Assembly (NCBI GenBank): GCA_000004695.1
Contig: CM000150.2
Location: 1,920,001-1,984,000 of the forward strand
Source of the DNA: Dictyostelium discoideum
Taxonomy: Eukaryota
Length of the DNA: 64,000 bases
Reading direction: 5' to 3'
The notes under the pieces were generated by a model. It saw nothing but the letters and a program-made list of their open reading frames with translations, ran no database searches and was not told where the DNA came from. Shown here in pieces: positions 1-11,475 of this stretch. The translations under genes and the position numbers were made by a program. How positions within the stretch are numbered: position 1 is the stretch's first letter; each line of letters begins with the position of its first letter.

Positions 1-3000
1 AGTTCTTCACCGTCATTAAATAATCTAAGTCATCATAATAGTCATCATCTTAAAAAACCATCATCAATATTATCATCATCATCTTCATCATCACCATCTT
101 TATTACCAAAAAATAATAATGATAATAATAATAATAATAATAATGATGGAGCAAATAAAATAAATAATAATAATAATAATAATAATGAAGAGAATAGTGG
201 TAGTGGTAGTGGTAGTTCCCATAGTGGTAATATACCAATTGTAATATTAAAGAAAACTCCATTAGTTAAGAATGGTATTGAACTTGATTTTTCAGGTAAA
301 GCAAGTAAAGAAGGTATTTTTTCATTATGGAGTAATGCATTAGAAAAAAAGAAATTAAATTATACATCAAAAGAAATGTCAATTTTAATTGAACCACCAG
401 ATTCATCAACATTTTTAATTAATTCACCATTATTAAATAGTTCTGCAAATGGTTCAAAAATAAAATCATCAACAGCAACAACAAGACAATCCCAACAGCC
501 ATTAGCACAACAAGAAGAGAATTCAACTTTATTCGAATTAACTCATCATTGTATATTCTTTCCAATTAATAGTAACAGTTTAATAATTAAAAAAGATATT
601 GTCACAACAATGAATTATTATTTTTGTCAAATTATTAAAGAATCATCAACAAGTATTAAAATTATAATTAAAACATTATTTGAAGTATTTGGATTTTATT
701 TAGATTTAGCTAGAAAATTAGAAGAGGATGAAAATAATGATTTAAGTAGTAATAGCAACACCAATAATGCCAATAGTAGTAATAGCAATAAAACAATGAT
801 TTATTTAATAAATTCATTAGATAAATTAATTCAAGATAGTTTATTCACAAAATTTAGAGATCCAACAAATGAATTTCAATTATCATCAATTCAAAGATTA
901 TTTATAAATATATTGACCGATCAATTGAAATCAATTAAAAATCAGTCAATGACAAGTATGATTTTTAATGATTGTATACAAAAATTTAATTTCATTTTAT
1001 CAATTGTAATTGAAAAAGTTGAACAATATAAAAACTCGGAAATAATTAAACAATCATTACGTTTAGATAAATATTTAGAGAAAACTTTATTTTTAAAATG
1101 TAAACATCTTTCAAGTAGAGAATACTTTTTAGCTCAATTAAAATTTAGAAAATTTTCAATTGATTATAATCAATATTATAAATCATTAACAAATTTTCAA
1201 CAATGGAAAAAACAAGAAGAATTAACAATTCAAAAATTATCACAACAAACACTTCAAAGAGATGAATATTTAAAAACTGTTTGGGGTATTAATAGTAGTG
1301 GTGGTAGTAGTAGTAGTAAAAATAATAAAAATTTTGATAATTCACCAATTGGTGTTATTGTAATTAAAGTGGTTTCAGCACGTGATTTAATTCAAAAAGA
1401 ATCACAATCAATTAAACCTGAATCATTTGTTGAAGTAGAATTCATTTCAAATTCATCAAAAGATTTTAATAAAAAGAAAAGAACTAAAAAAATTAATAGT
1501 TTAAATCCAATTTGGAAAGAACATTTTAGTTTTCAAATTACAAAACAACAATTAAATGATGAAATTGAATTAACAATTTGGGATTCATCAACATCATCAT
1601 CAACATCATCATCATCATCATCATCATCATCTTTATCAACTGATAAATTTAATTTTCAAGGTAAATGTAAATTTATAGTTAAAGATTTAATGATTTATTT
1701 AAAAAGAGAAGTTAATTGGTATCCACTTCAAAAAAGAACATCAAGAAGTAAAGTTAGTGGTGATTTAAAATTACAATTTAATTATTTACCATATCCAGAA
1801 GCATCACCTGATAAAGTTATAAATTATGTTTATTATTTACAAATATTATTAGATAAATTAATTGAAATTGATTCAAATTCAAATTTTAATCCAATTAATT
1901 TAAATAATGATGATTTAAATAATAATGGTAGTAGTAATAGTAGTGGTAGTAGTAGTGGTGGTAATATATCACCAATATTAAAAAAACAACAACAACAACA
2001 ACAACAACCAATAATTTTATCAAATCAATCAAATTTATTATTAAAAGAATTTTGTGAAAGATATGGTATAATGGAACATACTTTAAAATTATTTTATATG
2101 AAAAGATTAGTAGTTTCAACTATAAAATATTTATCATTAGAATATATTCCAGAGATTAGATTAATTTTAAAGAATACATTAGAGATAAAATTTGGTGAGA
2201 TTGGTTTAACACAAGAAGAGGATGAAATATTAAAAGAATCAGTTTCAGCACTTTCACAAGCTTGTAAAAGTTGGATTTCACATTATCATTCAGTTTTTCC
2301 ATTAAATCAACCCGCTGGTTCCCTAAGAATGTTAATCGATATTTATTATCTTTTAAAGAATTCTGAATTATCAATTTTACCACCATTACAAGATTTAATT
2401 AAAGAAACTTATTTAAATCGTTATAAACAAGCAATTATAATGTCAAATGATATTGGTAAATTAAATAGTTCAATTATTGTACCATCTGTAAAATTAAATC
2501 AACAACAACAACAACAACAACAACAACAAAAACAAGAAGATATTATTGATACAAAAGCATCAAAATTAATTAGAATTTGTGATATTTTATTATACAATTT
2601 AGAAATTGATAAAAAATATTTTTCAAGAGAATTTCCAAATGATTCACCAATTTTATTAATTTCAATTGAAGTTTATACAAATGAAATTTCAAAAGAGATT
2701 GATGAACTTTTAGAAAAAGGTTCAAATAGTTCAAATGAATTACAAGATTTCTTTCAACTTTATTTGAAATTAAAAGAGACAATGACTAAATTTAAAGAGA
2801 TTTATCCAAAGTTAGTATTGTTACCAATTCCAATTTTATTTAAACAAGTAATTATGCAATGGACTTTATTTTGTGCAGATCAATTGAAACAAGTTATAGA
2901 TAGATTATGTACCAATGAAAAATGGACACCTGTATCCTCTGATACTTTACATTCTGCTTCTGTTGGTGAGGTGATTTTAGGTTGTTATCATGCATTGGAT

Positions 3001-4218
3001 GTTATTAAAAGTTTGAGATGGGAAGATTTAATTAGGGATGATTATCATAAGAATAGTCATCATTCTCTATTTGAAATATTTGCAAATTTTACAATGGTGG
3101 TATCGGAATCTGTAATTTACTATACAAAGGTTATTAAAGATTTAAGTTTATCTGCATTGGATCAAGCTGCTGATGATATTTTCAAATTATCTGAATCTTA
3201 TTCTCAAGGTTTAGAACAAACCATTCAAAAGGTGTCATTACGTTTTAATAATATTCAAGCTTGTATTGGTCATGCTGAAGATTTAATTCAAGTGTTGATT
3301 AGAATCATGTCATCATATAAACTTTCAACAACAATCGTCAATGAAATGGCAACAAATACCTACAAGGCAATTAGCGCCAATGTTAGGACATTGGTTGATA
3401 GGATCTATGATAGGCTATCACCTGTGATTCAAGGTGAAATCTATAAAATCATTGGTATAGAATTAGATGATGGAAAGAATAAAAATAACATTGTTTTGGA
3501 TTTCTTTCAAAAGATTGAAAAAGGCTTTGAAGATGTTAAAACTAAAACAAGTTCTGCTGTGGGTGCTGCTGTTGGTAATTCTGAACTATATTACCTAAAC
3601 CAAGATAAATTACCAATCACCGTCAGATTAGAACCACTATTGAATTATATTGCTTCAAAATTAAAATTATTCTCTCAATATCTTTATTATCCATTGACAA
3701 AGTTATTGTTGAAAAGATGTTTCTATGGAATAATGCACGAGATTGAAGTCATTGTTTTCCCATCAAATAAAAAGTTGGTGTTGACAATGAATCAATTGGA
3801 TAAAATTGAAGCATTAATTAAAACTTTTAGTGAATTCTTTTTGGTTGATGGTGAAGGTTTATCTCAAAAAGCAATCGATAAACAATCTCAGGGTTTCATG
3901 ATTATAGTTTTGGCTTACAGAGAGGCTCTCAATAGTGGTGTTCATGATTTCGATCCATTAGGTTTAAAAATGGCTTTAAGAAATATTAATTTTACAAACT
4001 TAAAACCAGATTTAACTTATTTAAAGAAATTAAATATCAATCTAAAAGAAATTCCAAAACAATTGGATGTTTTCTCTCTCATTAAGAAATCTGTAGAAAA
4101 AAGACAAGAAGATAAAAAGAAAAGAGATGAATTAAGAAAACAAAGAAAATTAAATAAGAGTATTGGTTATTTAAATGAAAATCAACAATCTCAGAAATTT
4201 GATCCACCACCAAATTAA
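1..4218 (+). CDS. C2 domain-containing protein, 5'-partial. The long helical C-terminal region may be Munc13/BAIAP3-like.
   Basis: Frame 1 is open from base 1 (SSSPSLNNLSHHNSHH...) through the ORF-track Met at 376 to the TAA at 4216-4218, so the gene begins left of the window. A C2-like block is present (GVIVIKVVSARDLIQKESQSIKPESFVEVEF...LNPIWKEHFSFQI...IELTIWD), followed by about 850 aa of low-Asn, helix-rich sequence. Assigning the C-terminal part to the Munc13-homology family is tentative. Confidence 0.65.
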   Translation, partial: SSSPSLNNLSHHNSHHLKKPSSILSSSSSSSPSLLPKNNNDNNNNNNNDGANKINNNNNNNNEENSGSGSGSSHSGNIPIVILKKTPLVKNGIELDFSGKASKEGIFSLWSNALEKKKLNYTSKEMSILIEPPDSSTFLINSPLLNSSANGSKIKSSTATTRQSQQPLAQQEENSTLFELTHHCIFFPINSNSLIIKKDIVTTMNYYFCQIIKESSTSIKIIIKTLFEVFGFYLDLARKLEEDENNDLSSNSNTNNANSSNSNKTMIYLINSLDKLIQDSLFTKFRDPTNEFQLSSIQRLFINILTDQLKSIKNQSMTSMIFNDCIQKFNFILSIVIEKVEQYKNSEIIKQSLRLDKYLEKTLFLKCKHLSSREYFLAQLKFRKFSIDYNQYYKSLTNFQQWKKQEELTIQKLSQQTLQRDEYLKTVWGINSSGGSSSSKNNKNFDNSPIGVIVIKVVSARDLIQKESQSIKPESFVEVEFISNSSKDFNKKKRTKKINSLNPIWKEHFSFQITKQQLNDEIELTIWDSSTSSSTSSSSSSSSSLSTDKFNFQGKCKFIVKDLMIYLKREVNWYPLQKRTSRSKVSGDLKLQFNYLPYPEASPDKVINYVYYLQILLDKLIEIDSNSNFNPINLNNDDLNNNGSSNSSGSSSGGNISPILKKQQQQQQQPIILSNQSNLLLKEFCERYGIMEHTLKLFYMKRLVVSTIKYLSLEYIPEIRLILKNTLEIKFGEIGLTQEEDEILKESVSALSQACKSWISHYHSVFPLNQPAGSLRMLIDIYYLLKNSELSILPPLQDLIKETYLNRYKQAIIMSNDIGKLNSSIIVPSVKLNQQQQQQQQQQKQEDIIDTKASKLIRICDILLYNLEIDKKYFSREFPNDSPILLISIEVYTNEISKEIDELLEKGSNSSNELQDFFQLYLKLKETMTKFKEIYPKLVLLPIPILFKQVIMQWTLFCADQLKQVIDRLCTNEKWTPVSSDTLHSASVGEVILGCYHALDVIKSLRWEDLIRDDYHKNSHHSLFEIFANFTMVVSESVIYYTKVIKDLSLSALDQAADDIFKLSESYSQGLEQTIQKVSLRFNNIQACIGHAEDLIQVLIRIMSSYKLSTTIVNEMATNTYKAISANVRTLVDRIYDRLSPVIQGEIYKIIGIELDDGKNKNNIVLDFFQKIEKGFEDVKTKTSSAVGAAVGNSELYYLNQDKLPITVRLEPLLNYIASKLKLFSQYLYYPLTKLLLKRCFYGIMHEIEVIVFPSNKKLVLTMNQLDKIEALIKTFSEFFLVDGEGLSQKAIDKQSQGFMIIVLAYREALNSGVHDFDPLGLKMALRNINFTNLKPDLTYLKKLNINLKEIPKQLDVFSLIKKSVEKRQEDKKKRDELRKQRKLNKSIGYLNENQQSQKFDPPPN

Positions 4219-4768
4219 TACAAAAAAAAAAATATATATATAATAAAACAAAGTAATCTTGATTAAATTAATCAAAATCTTAGAAAAATAAAATAATCAT
4301 TATAATGATTTAAAAATAGATTAAATAATAGTTTTTTTTTTTTTTTTATTAAATTAAAAATCACCAGCTCTTGTAAAAGAGACAAAAGTTTGTGTTATCA
4401 ATAATTTAGTAATATTTATTAGTTTTTTTCTAAAATAAAAAAAAATAAAAAAAAAAAAAAAAATAATTAACTTCTTCTTTCTTTCTTTTTATTTTTTAGG
4501 ATTAATTCCACAATTAAAATCTTTAGTTTATTATAAAAATTTACCAACTCATTCACATCTTGATTTTGTATGTATTTTTTTTTTTTAAAAAAACCTATCT
4601 CCAAAAAAAAAAAAATTATTTTTTAAAATTAAAGAATTTTTATTTAATTTGTTTTTTGTTTTTCGATTTATATATTTGTTTATAATTTATTTTATAGTCT
4701 GGTTGGTTATATTTGATTCGGAAAGTTTTGTTTGGTATACACTTTTTTTTCTTTGGATTAAAATAAAA

Positions 4769-4948
4769 TCAAAAGTATGGACCGACTCCACCTTGAGGAC
4801 CGAGTGGATTATTTAAAATGGTAGTACTTTGAACATTTGATTTTTCAAAATTAATTGCAATTGATTTGGAATTGTTATCAAAGGTTTTACTTAAGGTTGA
4901 TGATGATGAGGATTTATTTAAAATTTTAGTTAATGAAGTGAAAATCAT
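4769..4948 (-). CDS. Small Ser-rich 59-aa protein (MIFTSLTKILNKSSSSSTLSKTFDNNSKSIAINFEKSNVQSTTILNNPLGPQGGVGPYF). Copy 1 of a tandem pair. It is not in the ORF track because it is shorter than 60 aa.
   Basis: Reverse-complement translation from the ATG (plus 4946-4948) to the TGA (plus 4769-4771). A paralogue lies 1961 bp away with in-frame substitutions only. The function is unknown. Confidence 0.4.
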   Translation of the reverse strand: MIFTSLTKILNKSSSSSTLSKTFDNNSKSIAINFEKSNVQSTTILNNPLGPQGGVGPYF

Positions 4949-5603
4949 TTTTTATTTTAGTGTAGTACTATTTTTATTATCTTGTTTAATTAAATTATAT
5001 TTTAATATTATATTTTAATATTTTATTATTATATTTTATTTTGTTTTGTTTTATTTATTTGAATAATGAATAGAAATGAAAAATCATTTTTTTTTAAATA
5101 CTTTAAAAAATAATAATATAAAAAATAATTAAATAATAAAATATAAAATAATAAAAAAAAAATAATAAATGTTAAAAATAGAATTTAACAAGTCGATGCT
5201 TGCGAATGTAAAAATAAAAAACGAGAAATAAGTTAATCTTAACATTATATTGATGATATAATTTGATCTAAGTGATGGAGAGAATATAATCAAAAATAAA
5301 TATTCAACTGAAGAATAACAATATTATGATAGTTGTCTTTCGGTATAGTTATTTATTGAACAAATAAAATTCATTTTTACACAAATGTTTCACTTTTAAT
5401 TGTGACGAATCCACAAATTACAAACACATAATTCACCCCTTTTTATATTTTTAAATTATTTGTTTTTATTTATTAATTGTTTTTATTTTTTTAATTATTT
5501 TTTTCATTTTTTTTATTTTTTTTTTAAGTGGTTGAACAAATTAATTTAAGGTTCCAAAATTAAATAAAAAAAAAATTAAAAAAACTCAATTCAATGAGTA
5601 ATT

Positions 5604-5635
<32 letters not shown>

Positions 5636-6729
5636 TCAATAATTGATTTTTTTTTTATTTTACTAATAATAATTCTTTTAAATTAAAAAAAATCAATTTT
5701 TTTTTTATTTTAATAATAATAATTCTATAAAATTAAAAAATCAATAATCTTAAATTTTTTTTTTTCAATAATCTTAAATTCCTACTTCTTTTGAAAGTAA
5801 TATTAATTTTTTTAATTGAAATGAAAATACTTTAGTAAAATTATTTACAAAATGATGCTGTGCTGCCATCAGGTATTTCCAAATCAAAAAGTAGATTATA
5901 TGTCCTCCAATCATTAAAACCCTCTGGAAAATTCATTTTTGTTGTTTTTTCTATATGAGTTTTGCTTAGAAGTGTTTTTTTTCAAATTTTCATTTTATTT
6001 TTTTTTTGAAATATTAATGATAATAATAATTGAATTAAAAATATAATATACAAAATTTTAAAAAAAACCCCCCCAAAAAAAAAAATAAAAATATTTACAC
6101 CAACTTTTCATTTTTACATAAAATTTAATGTTAGTACCAATTTTATTGTGATTCACCCAATTATAAAAACTAATACAAAAATTATTTCACCCTACATATT
6201 ACTTTAATTAATTTTTTTTTTTTTTTTTTTTTTTTTGGGGGTTTAACAAAATTATTTTAGTTTGAATTTAAATTAATTATTTTTAAAAAAACTAAAACAC
6301 AAATTATTCTTTTTCTTTTTTTGATTTTTTTAATTTTTTTAATTTTTGTTTGGTCTAAAGATCAAATAAAATGACTAAAACAATTAATTCTTCTTTTTGA
6401 TTTTTTTTTTGCCAAAAATTCAAGTTATGAAAAATTTAGAATTAAATCGGAATTAATTAATTTTTAATTTTTAATTTTTAGTTTTTTTTTTAAAAATAAT
6501 AAAAAATAATAAAAAATAATAAACTTTAATATGTAATTATACTATCTTTAAAATAAAAAATAGAAAAAAAAAAAAAAATTATAATTATAGTATAAATTAG
6601 TTTATTTTTTTGTTTTTCGATTTTTATATTCGTTTATAAACCCATATGGTTGGTTATATTTGATTCGGAAAGTTTTGTTTTGTAGAGTTTGATGGAAATC
6701 TTTTTTTTCTTCTTTAGATTAAAATAAAA

Positions 6730-6909
6730 TCAAAAGTATGGGCCAACACCACCTTGTGGACCAAGTGGATTATTTAAAACTCTATAAACTTGAATATTTG
6801 ATTTTTCAAAAGTAATTGCAATTGATTTTTGGTCAATATCAAAGGTTTTATTTAAGGTTGATGATGATGAGGATTTATTTAAAATTTTAGTTAATGAAGT
6901 GAAAATCAT
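6730..6909 (-). CDS. Paralogous small 59-aa protein (MIFTSLTKILNKSSSSSTLNKTFDIDQKSIAITFEKSNIQVYRVLNNPLGPQGGVGPYF). Copy 2.
   Basis: Same length, same start and stop context as copy 1. There are 13 aa substitutions and no frameshift, which is consistent with a maintained coding frame. Confidence 0.4.
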   Translation of the reverse strand: MIFTSLTKILNKSSSSSTLNKTFDIDQKSIAITFEKSNIQVYRVLNNPLGPQGGVGPYF

Positions 6910-8289
6910 TTTTTATTTAATTTATATTTTTATTTTTATTAATTATATTAAATTAAATTATATTTTTATATTAAATTATAATATTTTATTTTATTTTATT
7001 TTATTTGTATTGAATAATGAATAGAAATGAAAAATCATTTTTTTTTTTTTTAAATACTTTAAAAAAAAAAAAAAATAATAAAAAATAAAAATTAAATGTT
7101 AAAAATAGAATTTAACAAGTCGATGCTTGCAAATGTAAAATAAAAAAACGAGAAATAAGTTAATCTTAATATTATATTGATGATATAGTTGGATCTAAGT
7201 GATGGAAAGAATAAAATCAAAAATAAATATTCAACTGAAGAATAACAATATTATGATAGTTGTTATTCGGTACAATTGTTTATTGAACAAATAATTTTCA
7301 TTTTTACACAAATATTTCACTTTTAATCGTGACGAATCCAGAAATTACAAACACACAATTCACCCCCTTTTTTATTTTTTAATTATTTGTTTTTATTTTT
7401 TAATTATTTTTTTATTTTTTCATTTTTTTATTTTTTTTTAAGTGGTTGAACAAATTAATTTAAGGTTTCAATTATTAAAAATAAAAAAAAAAACTCAATT
7501 CAATGATTAATAATTATTTTTTTAAAAAAAAAAAAAAAATCAATAATTCAATAAAATTAAAAATAAAAAATAAAAATAAGATTCCAATGAAATAATTTTT
7601 TTTCTTTAACATAATTCCTAGGATCTAAACTTATATTAAAAATTTTTTTTTTTTTTTTCAATAATCTTAAATTCCTCCTTCTTTTGAAAGTAATATTAAA
7701 TTTTTTAATAGAAACTAAAACACTTTGGTAAAATTATTTACAAAATGGTTAAATATATATTAATCATTTTTAAATAATTAATTTTTAAATTCCAAATAAA
7801 ATAATTATGTTCAACCCCAAAAAAAAAAAAATAAAAAAAAAAATTAAAATAAAAATTAAAGTAATGGGTGAAATAATTATTGTATTGTGGAATGATTTAT
7901 ATAATTATGTGTATAAATGATTATTATTTTTTACACAATAAAATTGGTATATCATTATATTGGTAATTTTTCAGTTGGTAATACCTCATCGATCTGATTT
8001 AATCAAAAATTAAAATGATTAGATAATCCTCATTTAACTTATTTTTAATTATTTAAAATATTATTTTCGAAAACATTGATTTGTTAAATAACTATACTGT
8101 GATTATTTGTTTGTTCTATTTATAACTTTTTATATTTATTTTTTTAAAATTTTTTTTGATCCAAAATTAACAAATTCTTTTAAATTTCCAATTTTTATTT
8201 TTTTCATTTTTTTTTTTTTTTTTTTATCATTTTTTTTTTTTATTTTTTTTTTTTTTATTTTCAATAAATTCACACCTTTCAACATTAAA

Positions 8290-9267
<978 letters not shown>

Positions 9268-9336
9268 ATTGAATAAAATAAAAAAAAAGAATTTAGTAGA
9301 ATTATAAATAAGTAAATTATAAATAATGATAAATTA

Positions 9337-9921
9337 ATGATTAAATTAATAATTTTAAAAATTACTAAACAATATAATATTAATTTCTCAACATTCAATA
9401 ACAATAACAATGTTGAAGCAAGATATCTTTTTAAACAAGATAAAGATTTAAAAGTTCAATATAATTCTAAAATATTAGATATATTATCAATTAATTTAAA
9501 ATTATTATATGAATGTAATATCTTTGAATTATTTAATGAAATAATAATAGAGAGTAATTGTTATCATCTTAATAATCGATCAATAATAAGTATTGATAAT
9601 TTTATAATTATAAATCCTATTATTGCAAATTATATAATAAAAAATAAACCAATTTTACAACAATTCAAATTCACTTTAAATTGTATGCCATATGATGATG
9701 ATGATGATGATGATAATAATTTATTTTTTAATAATATTAATTTTATTATAACACCGAATTGTTTAATAAATATTAACAAATTAAAATTTTTAATTAAAAA
9801 TCATGATGTTTTACTTTTAAATAATATTTCAATAGTTTTAAATTCAATATTAAAATCAAAAGATTTAGAATGTTTTAAAGTTTTAATGAAATTTATTCAA
9901 ACTTATTATCAACAATTTTAA
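9337..9921 (+). CDS. Hypothetical protein, N-terminal part (194 aa). It is in the same frame as the next ORF and separated from it by a single TAA.
   Basis: ORF track. Position 9337 and position 9940 are both congruent to 1 mod 3. The only stop between the two ORFs is the TAA at 9919-9921. Confidence 0.35.
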   Translation: MIKLIILKITKQYNINFSTFNNNNNVEARYLFKQDKDLKVQYNSKILDILSINLKLLYECNIFELFNEIIIESNCYHLNNRSIISIDNFIIINPIIANYIIKNKPILQQFKFTLNCMPYDDDDDDDNNLFFNNINFIITPNCLININKLKFLIKNHDVLLLNNISIVLNSILKSKDLECFKVLMKFIQTYYQQF

Positions 9922-9939
9922 ATACCATTCAGAGATATT

Positions 9940-11025
9940 ATGTCATCAAATTGTTTACCAATTATAGAATTTACATTTACCTTTGATAATTTAAATGATC
10001 CATTCGTTTTAAATAATTTTATTTCAACTAAAGAAATTGTTGATTTATTAATCAAATCAATGGAAATTGGTTATAATGGTTTCGAAATCTATAGATTTAA
10101 TGAAAAATTCAAAGAATATGTTGATCAACTATCTATCCCAAAACAGTGTTCATTTTTTGATGAACTTAAAAAATCAATTTATTATTATTTAAATCCAGAT
10201 AATTATCAATTTAAAAATTTACAATCTAGAATTAATTTTATAGAAAAAATGAAAAAAATTAATTTTATTGATATAAATACCACCAATGCCACCAATATCA
10301 ATTATAGTAATAATAATAACAATATTATGTTTATCAATAATTTTGGTATATTAACAAAAGTATTAATTTCAAAAGGTTCTATTATACCTTCAACAGTACT
10401 ATTAGATTTAATTAAAAATAATAATATCAAAGCATTTAATTTATTAATTCAATTTAATTTAATTCATAAAAAACAATTTCTATTTAATTATATTTTTAAA
10501 AATCAATATAATAATAAAATCATTTTATATTTAATTTCAATTGGTTTTTTAAAAATTAAAGATTTATCTTTTTTAATTAAATTATCAATTAAAAGTAATA
10601 ATTTTGAATTAATTGATTTATTATTATGTAGAAATCAGCCTCAAAACTACCCAAAAATAATTCCATTTCAAATTTCAATTGCTCAAAATGAGAAACAAGA
10701 ATTTATAAAAAATTATTTATTTGAAAATTATATTGATTCGGTTCACTATTACCTTTTAAAATTTAGGAAAAGTTATAAAGTAATATTTTATCTTTTAGAT
10801 AATAATAATTATTTTTACTCACCAAATCAATTACAAGAATTATCATTAAAAAGAAATTGTAAAATTAATAGTATTGCTTACCAATGTCATAGTAAAACTT
10901 TAAAAGAATTTTTAAAATCAATTAGTTATAAACACCAAAATTCAAATAATAATAATAATAATAACAATAATTATAATAATGAAATTATTGATAAAAAATA
11001 TCAAGAATTAAAATTTAATTTTTAG
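9940..11025 (+). CDS. Hypothetical protein, C-terminal part (361 aa). It is possibly a continuation of 9337-9921.
   Basis: ORF track. The ATG at 9940 lies 18 nt after the in-frame TAA. There are no GT...AG intron signals between the two ORFs. Confidence 0.35.
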   Translation: MSSNCLPIIEFTFTFDNLNDPFVLNNFISTKEIVDLLIKSMEIGYNGFEIYRFNEKFKEYVDQLSIPKQCSFFDELKKSIYYYLNPDNYQFKNLQSRINFIEKMKKINFIDINTTNATNINYSNNNNNIMFINNFGILTKVLISKGSIIPSTVLLDLIKNNNIKAFNLLIQFNLIHKKQFLFNYIFKNQYNNKIILYLISIGFLKIKDLSFLIKLSIKSNNFELIDLLLCRNQPQNYPKIIPFQISIAQNEKQEFIKNYLFENYIDSVHYYLLKFRKSYKVIFYLLDNNNYFYSPNQLQELSLKRNCKINSIAYQCHSKTLKEFLKSISYKHQNSNNNNNNNNNYNNEIIDKKYQELKFNF

Positions 11026-11365
11026 AAAATAATAGTAATAATAATTTTTGCTCAAATTGTATGTTTGTAATTAGATTTAATAACAAAAAAAAAAATAAAT
11101 AAATAAAAAAAAAAATCTTTTTGTCGTCCAACCAATGCCAGCCTTTTTTTTTTTTGTTTTATTTTATTTTATTTTCTTATATTTTACAATTAATATTTCT
11201 TTGTTTTCGAATGACGGTTTTTGTCTTGATTATTAAAAATTAAATTTTAAAATCAAAAAAAAAAAAAAAAAATAATAATAATAATAATAATAATATTAAT
11301 AAAAAAAAAAAAAAAAAAAAAAATTGAAGCTTTTTCGGGTTTTGATTGTTGTATTTTCAAAAATT

Positions 11366-11413
<48 letters not shown>

Positions 11414-11475
11414 TTATTTTTAATTTTAATTAAAAAAAAAAAAGAAAAAAAAAAAAAAAAAAAACAGATATAGCA

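Larger units (their letters stand above)
4650..7750. repeat. Two tandem copies of a ~1.96-kb segmental duplication (copy 1 ~4650-5855, copy 2 ~6605-7747). Each copy carries a small minus-strand ORF and a conserved non-coding block.
   Basis: Direct alignment by eye: 4662-4960 against 6610-6910, and 5060-5560 against 7020-7480, are about 88-92% identical. The small-ORF stop codons are 1961 bp apart (4769 and 6730). Shared blocks include gaataatgaatagaaatgaaaaatcatttttt, aacaagtcgatgcttgc[g/a]aatgtaaaa...cgagaaataagttaatcttaa, and ttgtgacgaatcca[c/g]aaattacaaacaca[t/c]aattcacccc. Confidence 0.8.

Noticed and set aside
8107-8289. Poly-Phe N-terminus of ORF 8107-9267 (also 17795-17905 and 40465-40866, 45899-46245, 56490-56837).
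   Set aside because: These are translations of T-rich promoter or UTR DNA. The first plausible ATG in each case lies downstream, or no gene is present.
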